Assembly (NCBI GenBank): GCA_045131085.1
Contig: JBGUQN010000004.1
Span: 9,127-73,126 of the forward strand
Length of the DNA stretch: 64,000 bases
Reading direction: 5' to 3'
Source: Fibrobacter sp.
Lineage (GTDB): Bacteria; Fibrobacterota; Fibrobacteria; Fibrobacterales; Fibrobacteraceae
The notes beneath the pieces were generated by a model, which saw only the letters and a program-made list of their open reading frames with translations, searched no databases and was not told where the DNA came from. Both the position numbers and the translations under genes were made by a program. Below, piece after piece: positions 1 to 8,669 of this stretch; positions within the stretch are counted from its first letter, which is position 1; each line of letters starts with the position of its first letter.

Positions 1-39
1 TTTTTTACATAAAAATCCCTCCTCCCCGCCACATTTTAT

Positions 40-47
40 TATATTTG
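40..47 (+). promoter_or_regulatory. Putative housekeeping promoter element TATATTTG upstream of metF
   Basis: The same TAnnTTTG/TAnATT motif recurs just upstream of many genes in the window (e.g. 4446-4453, 58864-58871, 61881-61888). Confidence 0.55.
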
Positions 48-120
48 CATATATCAAAATATTTGCATAGACTAGACATGACGGTCTGCCGTCAAAAATT
101 TTAAGCGCCCAAGAGGTTGT

Positions 121-1005
121 ATGAAAATCGTCGATATACTGAAACAAGACAAGATGAGCCTTTCTTTCGAAGTGTTCCCGCCCAAGAAGGAAACCAGTTT
201 CGAGAGCGTGAAGGCCGCCACCGAATCGATTGCAGCCCTCGGCCCCGCATTCATGAGCGTCACCTACGGCGCAGGCGGCGGCGTGAGCCACTACACCCTC
301 GACATCGCAAAAAACCTCAAGCAGAAATTCAACATCCCGATGCTTGCGCACCTCACCTGCGTTTCTAGCAGCAAGGACACCGTGCACCAGCGCATCGAAG
401 AAATGAAGGCCGCGGGCATCAAGAACGTGATGGCCCTGCGCGGCGACCTCACGCCGGAACTCATCGAGAAGGGGCGTGAAAACTGCGACTACCATTACGC
501 CGTGGAACTCATCCGCGAACTCAAGGAAAGCGATTCTGACTTCTGCATCGGCGCGGCATGCTACCCCGAAAAGCACCCCGAAAGCGCAAACCAGGCCGAA
601 GACATCAAGCACCTCAAGGAAAAGGTCGACGCAGGCGCCGACTTCCTCACCACGCAGATGGTATTCGACAACAACCTGTTTTTCAGCTTCCTCTACAAGC
701 TGCGCGATGCGGGCGTGAACTGCCCCGTGCTCCCCGGCATCATGCCCATCACGAACGCGAACCAGGTGGAACGCGCCATCAAGCTTTCGGGCTCATTCAT
801 GCCGCAGCGCTTTAAGTCGCTCGTCGACAAGTTCGGCAGCGACCCCGAGGCCATGAAGCAGGCGGGCATCATCTATGCGACCGACCAGATCATTGACCTG
901 TACGCCAACGGCATCACGAACGTGCACGTTTACTCGATGAACAAGCCCGACGTTGCTGAAGGCATCTTGAAGAACGTTACCGCCATTCTCGGCAAAAAGT
1001 TCTAA
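121..1005 (+). CDS. metF: 5,10-methylenetetrahydrofolate reductase
   Basis: Motifs SFEVFPPK, SVTYGAGG, AHLTC, ALRGD, YPEKH, KVDAGADF..TQ, GIMP; RBS GAGG before the ATG. Confidence 0.96.
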   Translation: MKIVDILKQDKMSLSFEVFPPKKETSFESVKAATESIAALGPAFMSVTYGAGGGVSHYTLDIAKNLKQKFNIPMLAHLTCVSSSKDTVHQRIEEMKAAGIKNVMALRGDLTPELIEKGRENCDYHYAVELIRELKESDSDFCIGAACYPEKHPESANQAEDIKHLKEKVDAGADFLTTQMVFDNNLFFSFLYKLRDAGVNCPVLPGIMPITNANQVERAIKLSGSFMPQRFKSLVDKFGSDPEAMKQAGIIYATDQIIDLYANGITNVHVYSMNKPDVAEGILKNVTAILGKKF

Positions 1006-1027
1006 CAACTGCGGAATTTTTACGTAT

Positions 1028-1058
1028 AAAAAAAACACCCCAGAGGGGTGTTTTTTTT
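1028..1058. terminator. Bidirectional intrinsic terminator
   Basis: A-run, CACCCC stem, short loop, GGGGTG, T-run, between the convergent metF and 1074..1493 genes. Confidence 0.9.
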
Positions 1059-1073
1059 GCAACTTTATTCTGA

Positions 1074-1493
1074 CTAGCGGTCGTGGATATCGACGCATTC
1101 ACGAACGTTGCGAGCCGCAAACATACGGCCACGACGCGGGTCAAGGCAATCCACGCGACCCGGACGGTTGCGACGGAAGTCGACTGTCATCCAACGGGTA
1201 CCGTCATTGCAGAAGTAATCCCAGCGGCCTTCGGCATCGCCACGATCACAATAGCCTTCGATCATCGGACGGCGGTTGCGGTAATCGACACGGTAGTGAC
1301 GGTCGCGCGGGCGGCAATCCGGCTTTTCGAAGCGGCATTGCAGGCGTTCGCGCGGAGGAGGAGGAGGGGGCGGAGGAGGCGGATTATGCCTTTCAGCCTT
1401 CTTATTGTTTTCAACATGAACAGTAAAACCAGCCCATGCCCCAGAACTGAGCAGAAGAGATGCAGCCAAGACTGCAAGAAGGGTTCGTTTCAT
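1074..1493 (-). CDS. Secreted hypothetical protein with a poly-Pro tract and a MORN-variant-like repeat
   Basis: Signal peptide MKRTLLAVLAASLLLSSGAWA; run of ten Pro; YRNRRPMIEGYCDRGDAEGRWDYFCNDG resembles a MORN-2/YwqK repeat; RBS AAGGAG. Confidence 0.7.
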   Translation of the reverse strand: MKRTLLAVLAASLLLSSGAWAGFTVHVENNKKAERHNPPPPPPPPPPRERLQCRFEKPDCRPRDRHYRVDYRNRRPMIEGYCDRGDAEGRWDYFCNDGTRWMTVDFRRNRPGRVDCLDPRRGRMFAARNVRECVDIHDR

Positions 1494-1621
1494 TCTTTCT
1501 CCTTATTATTAAATAAAAGGTTTAGAAAAAGTTTATGGTGTAAATATAACCTTTTTTCCAAACATCATACAACGTCCGGAAAAAAAAAATATGACAAAAT
1601 AAAGTTTTCCGCCGACGAAAA

Positions 1622-2212
1622 CTAAATGAGTTCCTCGGGCGGAAGATGATCCGCGCTTTCCGGTTCCTGGTAGAACGATTCCGGAACCTGCACCTGGTTC
1701 TGGAAGTAGGCCCTGTGCGCTGCAATCACGCGCTCGCGGGCAAACTGAGCATCCTTCCATTCGCCAATCTGCACATCCTTGCCTTCCAGTTCCTTGTAGT
1801 TCTGGAAGAAGTTCTTCGTAATGCGGAGGAACATCTGGTCGACATCACCTATGTCCTTGATGGGCCTAGGGTTAAATACAGGCACGCCCAGGACCTTGTA
1901 GTCCTTTTTGCCACCGTCGGTCATGTCGAGAGCGCCGATAACGCGGCAGGTGCAGACCGAACCAGTCATCATGGAAGCGGGGCTATAGATGAGCATGTCA
2001 AGAGCATCGCCGTCATCGGCCTTGGTGCTCGGGATAAATCCGTAGGTGCAAGGGTAACTCATGGAGCTGAGCAGGCAGCGGTCCAGGCGGAACACGTGCA
2101 GGCGTTCATCGTACTCGTATTTGAGGTTTGTATCCTTGCCGATTTCCACGACGCAGTCGACTTCGTAGGGGTACTTGCGTCCGATGGGGAGATCCAGGTA
2201 GTTAATTGCCAT
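1622..2212 (-). CDS. ppa: Soluble inorganic pyrophosphatase, family I
   Basis: VEI..KYE..LDR, YPCTYGFIPST, DGDALD, GALDMTD..DYK, FFQNYKELEGK. Confidence 0.93.
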   Translation of the reverse strand: MAINYLDLPIGRKYPYEVDCVVEIGKDTNLKYEYDERLHVFRLDRCLLSSMSYPCTYGFIPSTKADDGDALDMLIYSPASMMTGSVCTCRVIGALDMTDGGKKDYKVLGVPVFNPRPIKDIGDVDQMFLRITKNFFQNYKELEGKDVQIGEWKDAQFARERVIAAHRAYFQNQVQVPESFYQEPESADHLPPEELI

Positions 2213-2336
2213 TTATACTCCAAGAGGCCACCTTTGGCCTAAGTCTTTATTTTTCAATACGTTAACGTAAATTTAACTTTTTTATAACAAATAGTCAAGG
2301 AGGGTACGTCTGGTGCGGCAGGCTCCGTGAGCCGAC

Positions 2337-3710
2337 TCACCGGCTACGCCAGCGGGAAGATGTAACCTTGTCGAACAGCCCGAAATAGAACACCGGTTCC
2401 CCCCTGTCGGGGCTGTACCCTACTTCGAAACGCACACGGTCGAGCGCCGGAATCACCAGGTGGATGCCGCCATAGATGGCACCTTCGTAATTATCCCAGC
2501 CGGGGCGGCCCTTGTCCCAGAGCAAGCTACCGTCAAGACCGGCAACTAGCTGGATTCCATAAAAGAAGTTTATGCCCCAGAGGCTCGCGGCATGCCTTTC
2601 CATAAGCACAAAGCGTTCCTCGAGCGTGAGCAAAGCCTCGTGAACCCCGAGAGAGCCCGAATCGGCCTCGTGCCCGCGAAACGTATTGGCACCGCCGTGG
2701 TAGTAATAGTCGTAAAACTTCACTTCGCCCGGGCGGTAACGCACAAGCGCCGTCGCACCCGTCACAAAGCGACCGAAGGTCTTGTAGGCACGCGCATCAG
2801 TCAAGAGTTCCCAGTAATTCTCGCCGCAGGATTTCCCGCAGCAGTTTTTCGGATTGTCTTCTGGTCCGTCCCAAGGGTCATCCCAGGATCCTGCAAACTC
2901 GTAATCCGCGGCACAGAAGGCGACAACCTCTTCGCCCACGCCCACGTGCGTGAGCATGTATTCGAAGTAGACGCCGTTACGCGTATCGAGCTTGCTGTCG
3001 CGATAGTCGAACGCAAAACCGAGACCAAATTCGGGGAGGTTCGCCATGCCATCCAAATAGCGATAGGCCGCGGTCCCCAACAGGGAAAGATTCGGCAGGA
3101 ACTTGTAGTCGAAATCCAGGTCCAGCAAGATGCTGTTCTCCTGGAATCCGCGGATGTTGTCATAGCTGTCGGTCACGAGGAACTCGAAGTTCCACCCGAG
3201 CGGAATTCCGAACAGGTAGGGAGAACTCAAATAGAGGGCATACTCGTTCTTGTCGAAGAACGGGTCCACCGTCGTACGGTACTGCACCTCGGCACGGATG
3301 TCCTCGCCCGCCACGTTCAGGTTCGCGAGCGCGGCCCCGAGCATCAGGCCGTCGCGGTCGGTTTTTTTGCCCGCGGGTGCGGGAATCCAGCGGAAAATTT
3401 CCTTGAAATGGTAGGTAAGTTTTGTACCCTCGCACGAAACCGAAATCTCGGTGAACAGGTCAAGGTCCTGCAGGCGGCGCTTTTCGGCCTCGAACTTTTC
3501 TTGCGAGAACGGCTCCCCCACGCGGTTCAGGAGTTCACGCTCCACCACGCGGGACTTGGTATGCTTGAGGCCATCAAAACTCAGCTGGGCAATTGTCGCC
3601 CCGTCTGCGCACTCCGAAGCCGCCTTGAGAGAATCCGGAGAAGCAACTTCTGCCAGCGAAAACGAGGCAAAGAGCAGGCCAAAGCAAAGAATCTTCCGGG
3701 TAAGCATCAT
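2337..3710 (-). CDS. Omp85/BamA-TamA family outer-membrane protein with one POTRA domain
   Basis: Signal peptide; POTRA-like GLKHTKSRVVEREL..RLQDLDLF; NLNVAG; DYRDS...TRNG; GGANTFRGH (VRGF/Y-like lid motif). Confidence 0.75.
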   Translation of the reverse strand: MMLTRKILCFGLLFASFSLAEVASPDSLKAASECADGATIAQLSFDGLKHTKSRVVERELLNRVGEPFSQEKFEAEKRRLQDLDLFTEISVSCEGTKLTYHFKEIFRWIPAPAGKKTDRDGLMLGAALANLNVAGEDIRAEVQYRTTVDPFFDKNEYALYLSSPYLFGIPLGWNFEFLVTDSYDNIRGFQENSILLDLDFDYKFLPNLSLLGTAAYRYLDGMANLPEFGLGFAFDYRDSKLDTRNGVYFEYMLTHVGVGEEVVAFCAADYEFAGSWDDPWDGPEDNPKNCCGKSCGENYWELLTDARAYKTFGRFVTGATALVRYRPGEVKFYDYYYHGGANTFRGHEADSGSLGVHEALLTLEERFVLMERHAASLWGINFFYGIQLVAGLDGSLLWDKGRPGWDNYEGAIYGGIHLVIPALDRVRFEVGYSPDRGEPVFYFGLFDKVTSSRWRSR

Positions 3711-4430
3711 TTACTTTGTCCTCAGCTTTTTAAATTCGGCGCGAGCCTTCTGCATGTCTGCCATAAAGGTCGGGTCGGCATGGAGCCTTGCAAAAGCCGC
3801 AGACACAATCACCTTGGACGCATCGACGTCGCTCTGCCAGTGGAAACCCGCAATGACGCGACTCTGGCCCCATTCATAAGCGTACTTCAGTACGGCATCG
3901 GCGGAGTCCGGGTTGATTTCTACTAGTACCAGCGCAAATGTCCAGGCGCGGACGGTATGCCCCGAAGGGTACGAACCGTTATTCCGCAGCACATCTTCTT
4001 CCGCAGGGACCAAGGTAGGCTCCTTGAAGCGGTCGTACGGGCGCTGGCGCTTGTAATGGTTCTTGAACTTGCTGCTCTTTATGGTCTGGATGGAGCGTTC
4101 CAGGATATTCATGATGGCGGGCGTACGCTTGGCCGAAATTTCCATGCCGAAGGGTTCGCTGAACATCTTGGCCATGCTTGCCGGGTCCGAGACCGCCTGT
4201 GCAATGGCCTGGGCCGCCCGAGCAGAATCCGCACGCATGGACTTGCCCCACTTATACTGCGATACATCGTACATAAACTGGGCCGAGGCAGTATCGGGCG
4301 GAGGCGGGTAAAACGCGAGCGCATTGGGCATTTTATCGATGTCGATATAGGGCTTTACATCCTTTGCCTGTGCAAAGGCCAGCGCAAGGACAAGGATTAA
4401 CGGAATAATTCTAAAGCGGGACATATTCAC
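3711..4430 (-). CDS. Class A nonspecific acid phosphatase (PAP2 superfamily)
   Basis: KNHYKRQRP, SYPSGH and SRVIAGFHWQSD signatures; signal peptide. Confidence 0.92.
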   Translation of the reverse strand: MNMSRFRIIPLILVLALAFAQAKDVKPYIDIDKMPNALAFYPPPPDTASAQFMYDVSQYKWGKSMRADSARAAQAIAQAVSDPASMAKMFSEPFGMEISAKRTPAIMNILERSIQTIKSSKFKNHYKRQRPYDRFKEPTLVPAEEDVLRNNGSYPSGHTVRAWTFALVLVEINPDSADAVLKYAYEWGQSRVIAGFHWQSDVDASKVIVSAAFARLHADPTFMADMQKARAEFKKLRTK

Positions 4431-4487
4431 AAAATAAAAAAATTCTATATTTGCGGCGTCGCAAATTAGCTTTTTTTGAGGTTTGTC

Positions 4488-4952
4488 ATGTTAGACTTTC
4501 TCGCAAACTACTGGCCCTGGCTCATCGCTGTCGTCGTCATCGTTTTGGCCGTTTTCGCATTCCGCGGACTGCGCAAGGCGCTCAAGGAAGGCGGTGGCGC
4601 GTTCAATCTTGAAACCATCAAGAAGAACACGGACCCGAACTTCGCCGCCCTGAAGCAGAAGTCCAAGGCCCTCCTCGCCGATGCCGACATGATCTGCGAG
4701 ACCAAGGAAGGCAGCAACATCGTCATGCCCAAGAAAGAGGACATGATGTTCTTCCGCCGCGCCGTGAAGCAGAAATACAAGCTCGCCATGTTCCTCGTGC
4801 CGGGCACCAACAAGGTCGTCTACTTCTTCTGCAAAACGGAACAGGGCCTGCGCCGCCGTATCGAGAACCTGGTCATCAACCAGAAGTTCCGCGAAGGCAA
4901 GCCGCCTTACATGGACGCGGCCACTGGCGAAAAGCTGAAGTACCCGAGGTAG
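4488..4952 (+). CDS. Hypothetical protein with an N-terminal membrane anchor
   Basis: ATG at 4488 after GAGG; hydrophobic N-terminus; host-like codon usage; ends in three tandem TAG codons. Confidence 0.75.
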   Translation: MLDFLANYWPWLIAVVVIVLAVFAFRGLRKALKEGGGAFNLETIKKNTDPNFAALKQKSKALLADADMICETKEGSNIVMPKKEDMMFFRRAVKQKYKLAMFLVPGTNKVVYFFCKTEQGLRRRIENLVINQKFREGKPPYMDAATGEKLKYPR

Positions 4953-4956
4953 TAGT

Positions 4957-5040
4957 AGGGGAAAGCCTTCCCCTGCCTCGCACAGCGCTAGCGCTGTTGC
5001 TCGCCACCCCTTCTAGCGGGGACACCCCGCAACTCCCCGG
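4957..5040. repeat. GC-rich multi-hairpin intergenic element (REP/MITE-like)
   Basis: Hairpin AGGGGAA-AGCC-TTCCCCT (4957-4974), perfect 16-bp palindrome ACAGCGCTAGCGCTGT (4982-4997), hairpin GCGGGG-ACA-CCCCGC (5016-5030). Confidence 0.6.
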
Positions 5041-5049
5041 TTCCATATA

Positions 5050-7524
5050 ATGACTTACGGTGATTTAGCCCTCGCGGAAGAAGAAGACAAACTGGAGACT
5101 GCGATTGCGCAGTCCAGTAATCTGCTTATCGAGGCGCCCACGGGGTCGGGCAAGTCGCTATTCATTCCCTACTTTTTGAGCAAGCACTGCAAGGGGCGCG
5201 TTGTCGTATTGCAGCCCCGCCGTATTGCAGCACTTGCACTCGCACAATTCTCGGCAAAACTCCACAACGAGCCCTGCGGCAAGACCGTCGGTTACCAGTT
5301 CAGGCAAGACAGCTGCAAGAGCGCCGGCACGCGCATCCTGTTCCAGACATACGGAAACTTTCTGCAGGAACTTTTGCACGGCAAATGCGATGCCGACTGG
5401 ATTGTATTCGATGAATACCACGAGCGCAAGGCCGACATGGATTTGCTGTTCGCGTATTTTAATAGGATGACGGCGCCGACACAGGCTCCTCGTGTTGCTG
5501 TCATGTCGGCGGCGCTGAACCGCGAGGAACTCGAAACGGTTCTCGGCGTCAAGTGCCTTGAGCTCGGCCACCCGCTGTACCCTGTACAAATTATCAACCA
5601 GACTCCCGCCACAGGCAACTCGCTCGTTTCGGGCGTGGGCCTTGACGCCGAAGTGGTGCGGGCGCTAAAGACGCTCTACCGCAACAACATCTGGCAGACG
5701 ACCCTTGTATTTTTGCCGGGCAAGGCTGAAATCGCCCGCTGCCACAGCGCCGCCTCCGAAGCGCTGGGAACAAACTGCGCCGAATTTCTGGAACTCTACG
5801 GCGGGCAAGACCGCGAAACGCAGGACCGCATCTTTGAAATCACCGAACGCCCGCGGGTCATATTCACCACGAACATCGCGGAGACATCGATTACCGTCCC
5901 GAACGTTACGGGCGTGGTCGACAGCGGCATCGAGCGCGTGAGCCTCTACGACGACAGCGAGAAGGTGAACGTGTTGCGCACGCTCCCCATCTCGATGCAG
6001 AACGCCATCCAGCGCAGCGGCCGTAGCGGCCGTACGCAGAACGGCTGCGCCATCCGCCTCTGGAGCGAAGAATCCGAAAAGCGCATGCCGCAAGGAATCG
6101 TTCCGGAAGTGCTGCAGATTGAGCCGTCGGAACTGCTGCTGCAGAAGGCTGCGTTGGAAGTCCGCGACCTCCCGACAGCTATTCCCGAAGCACGCGAAAA
6201 GACCGCGACAAAAATGCTGGAAGACTTCGGGATGATGAGCGAAGGCCGCATTACCGAACTCGGCCTGAAGGCCATTCGCACGCCCGTCTCTAGCATCCCG
6301 CTCGCGCTGCTCCTCGCCACGGCAAACGGCCCGCAAGACCTCCCCGACCTGCTCCTCGCAGCGCTCGCCTGGATACATTCCGGCACGGAACAACTCCAGA
6401 AGGCAAAATACCCGCAAGACGTTCTGATGCTTGCAAAAGACACGTTGGACAAGGCCGTCAACATTCCGAGAGAAGTGAGCTTTACACTCCGGCAGTTGCG
6501 CGATTACAGGGACCAGATAAAGCAGGGAACTGCGGGCATGGCAAACGCGGACGAGACTTTCGTCTGCAAGCAACTGCTGAAAGCCTTCCCGGACAGGCTC
6601 GCCGTCCCGAGCGGGAGCGCCTACAAGTTGCCCAACCAGAATACGGTACGCCTGCAGGTCCCAGAACCGCCCTACGCTATCCTTGCCCTCACGATGCTAC
6701 GCACCGGAGGCGGCAGCAAGTCCGAACTGAAAGTCAGCCTGTACGCCCCGATTGCCCGCGAGATGATCGAGACCGACAATGCCGCCGTACACTATGAACT
6801 CCTGTGGCGCAGCGGGCAAGAACGCTTTATCGGCGTCGAAGTCTGCGAACTTTCGCGCAAGGAAATACCCACGCAGGAGGCTTCGCCCAAAGTTCTCGAA
6901 GAGCTGAAGAAACTCACCGTCGATGCATGGCGCGAAAAAATCGAGAAGGAAAACTGGAGCGGGAAATACCTTACCGAACAGGTGCAGACCCTGCTCACCA
7001 AGATGCGACTCGCCGCAAAGCTTTATCCAGAATACGGCCTGCCCGAATTCAACGACGAGGACATGGAAATCATCTTTGACGAATTCGCAAGCGGCAAGTT
7101 CCTGCTGCGCGACATCAACGAAGACCGCTACCGGAGTATCGTGGAAGACTACTTCGGCAAATCCATGCTCTCCTGGCTGGGCAAGACCTTCCCCGACCAT
7201 TACATGCTCCCGAACGGCAAGCGCGCCCGCTACAGCTACCAGGAAGTCGCTACCGATGAAACTCTCGGCGGGCAGACTGTACAGAGCACCGAAGGCGTAC
7301 TGGTGGAAATTTCCGCACGCATCGAAGACTTCATGCAGTTACGCGGCGAGCACAAAATTGCCGACGGGAAACTGAAAGTCCGCTACGACATCCTCGCGCC
7401 GAACTTCCGCACCATCCAGAAAACATGGGATTTAACTGGCTTCTGGCAGAACACATACGCCGAGGTGCGCAAGGAACTGCGCGGGCGTTACCCCAAGCAT
7501 CCCTGGCCCGAAAAAGTCGAATAA
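5050..7524 (+). CDS. hrpB: ATP-dependent DEAH-box RNA helicase HrpB
   Basis: APTGSGKS, QPRR, DEYH, TNIAETSIT, QRSGRSGR and the HrpB C-terminal FWQNTYAEVRKELRGRYPKHPWPE. Confidence 0.92.
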   Translation: MTYGDLALAEEEDKLETAIAQSSNLLIEAPTGSGKSLFIPYFLSKHCKGRVVVLQPRRIAALALAQFSAKLHNEPCGKTVGYQFRQDSCKSAGTRILFQTYGNFLQELLHGKCDADWIVFDEYHERKADMDLLFAYFNRMTAPTQAPRVAVMSAALNREELETVLGVKCLELGHPLYPVQIINQTPATGNSLVSGVGLDAEVVRALKTLYRNNIWQTTLVFLPGKAEIARCHSAASEALGTNCAEFLELYGGQDRETQDRIFEITERPRVIFTTNIAETSITVPNVTGVVDSGIERVSLYDDSEKVNVLRTLPISMQNAIQRSGRSGRTQNGCAIRLWSEESEKRMPQGIVPEVLQIEPSELLLQKAALEVRDLPTAIPEAREKTATKMLEDFGMMSEGRITELGLKAIRTPVSSIPLALLLATANGPQDLPDLLLAALAWIHSGTEQLQKAKYPQDVLMLAKDTLDKAVNIPREVSFTLRQLRDYRDQIKQGTAGMANADETFVCKQLLKAFPDRLAVPSGSAYKLPNQNTVRLQVPEPPYAILALTMLRTGGGSKSELKVSLYAPIAREMIETDNAAVHYELLWRSGQERFIGVEVCELSRKEIPTQEASPKVLEELKKLTVDAWREKIEKENWSGKYLTEQVQTLLTKMRLAAKLYPEYGLPEFNDEDMEIIFDEFASGKFLLRDINEDRYRSIVEDYFGKSMLSWLGKTFPDHYMLPNGKRARYSYQEVATDETLGGQTVQSTEGVLVEISARIEDFMQLRGEHKIADGKLKVRYDILAPNFRTIQKTWDLTGFWQNTYAEVRKELRGRYPKHPWPEKVE

Positions 7525-7540
7525 GCGCACTATTTGTCCG

Positions 7541-7738
7541 CTACCGCACAGCAATTTTCTGAACAGAAACATTATCCCGGCCCTGCGCACGAACGATGTA
7601 CAGACCCGCAGGAAGATGTTCTGTCGGAACCCGCATTATTTACAAGCCAGAAGCATCCACCGTAACGGAGACTCCCGCGAAGGCATCCGCAAAAGCGAAC
7701 AGTGCCGCCAGGCTAAAAATGCACGAACATTTTTTCAT
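7541..7738 (-). pseudogene. Deletion remnant of a secreted protein: signal peptide joined in frame to a C-terminal sorting-type tail, with an internal stop
   Basis: Manual translation MKKCSCIFSLAALFAFADAFAGVSVTVDASGL*IMRVPTEHLPAGLYIVRAQGRDNVSVQKIAVR*; TAA at 7640-7642; the tail aligns with the CE6 tails in this window; AAGG upstream. Confidence 0.75.
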
Positions 7739-7763
7739 AGCAGAACCTTAACAAATAATCGAA

Positions 7764-8567
7764 TTACTGGTCTGCATAAGCGGCACATGCCCCAAGACTG
7801 CCTATTTGCATAATCCTAAATTCACTTGAAAAAGTAGCATATCCCTCAAAAGTCAATCTAATCATTGCTGTTTTCCTAAGAACATCCTCCTGCGAGACAA
7901 TCTTTCCCCAGCCACGACCCTGCCTAAATTTATCCCATGGTAGAGAGACAACGTTCGGTCCCTCAGACGCGCTAACGCTAGCTCTGTAATTGTTAGACTC
8001 AGTCACAGACGAATCGTTTTCAACAACCAACTCAACATAAAAAGACTTCATTGAGACATATTCTAAGCAGAGTCCCTTCCAAAGAGAAATATCTGCGCCC
8101 TCCTTATTCGCGCTCCAGACATCGAATTCAAGGCCCGCATACGGATAATCATACCCATCTCCAAGAGAAGCCTCTCCCTCAATACCACCGTATGCGCAAA
8201 TGAGTGGGCCAAAGAAATTTCCATACTCATCGGGTTTAACATCATACGGAAAAATGATGCGGGATGTTCCACCATAAGCAGAGTCATTGAAAGTACGCCA
8301 CAAACCGGACGATTTTTCCGTAGAACCGGTTACAACCTTTCCTTCTGTATCCAACATGCCATCCCACAAAAAAGACCTACCTACACATTTCTCTGTACAT
8401 TCCTCAAGCGACGAGCTGGAATTTGCAGAGCTACTGGATTTCGGCACTATACTAGAAGAAGCAGGGCTCGCCTGCGGCCCTGCCGGAGAAGACTCGCTAT
8501 CGCCGCATGCAGTGAAAAAGAGTACGGCCAGAAAGGCCGCAGCAAAACACATATCGATTTTTCGCAT
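7764..8567 (-). CDS. Lipoprotein with a galactose-binding-like (CBM11/CIA30-like) domain
   Basis: Lipobox FTAC; Ser-rich linker; YAGLEF...ADISLWKGLCLEY...SLPWDKFRQ..WG pattern. Confidence 0.65.
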   Translation of the reverse strand: MRKIDMCFAAAFLAVLFFTACGDSESSPAGPQASPASSSIVPKSSSSANSSSSLEECTEKCVGRSFLWDGMLDTEGKVVTGSTEKSSGLWRTFNDSAYGGTSRIIFPYDVKPDEYGNFFGPLICAYGGIEGEASLGDGYDYPYAGLEFDVWSANKEGADISLWKGLCLEYVSMKSFYVELVVENDSSVTESNNYRASVSASEGPNVVSLPWDKFRQGRGWGKIVSQEDVLRKTAMIRLTFEGYATFSSEFRIMQIGSLGACAAYADQ

Positions 8568-8669
8568 ACCCCTAATCTAATCAAAAAAAGAATGGCTCGG
8601 CACATTTTTCGCCAAAACTCGTATTTTTTGAGGACTTTGGGCAAGGATTTTTGCCGCTTTTGGTAAAAT

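Noticed and set aside
48-120. SAM riboswitch or MetJ boxes upstream of metF
   Set aside because: The leader is short, I could not recognise an aptamer core, and the AGAC-like words are not in 8-bp tandem register.
7616-7813. 65-aa plus-strand ORF
   Set aside because: It is antisense to the deletion remnant, which explains the sequence better.
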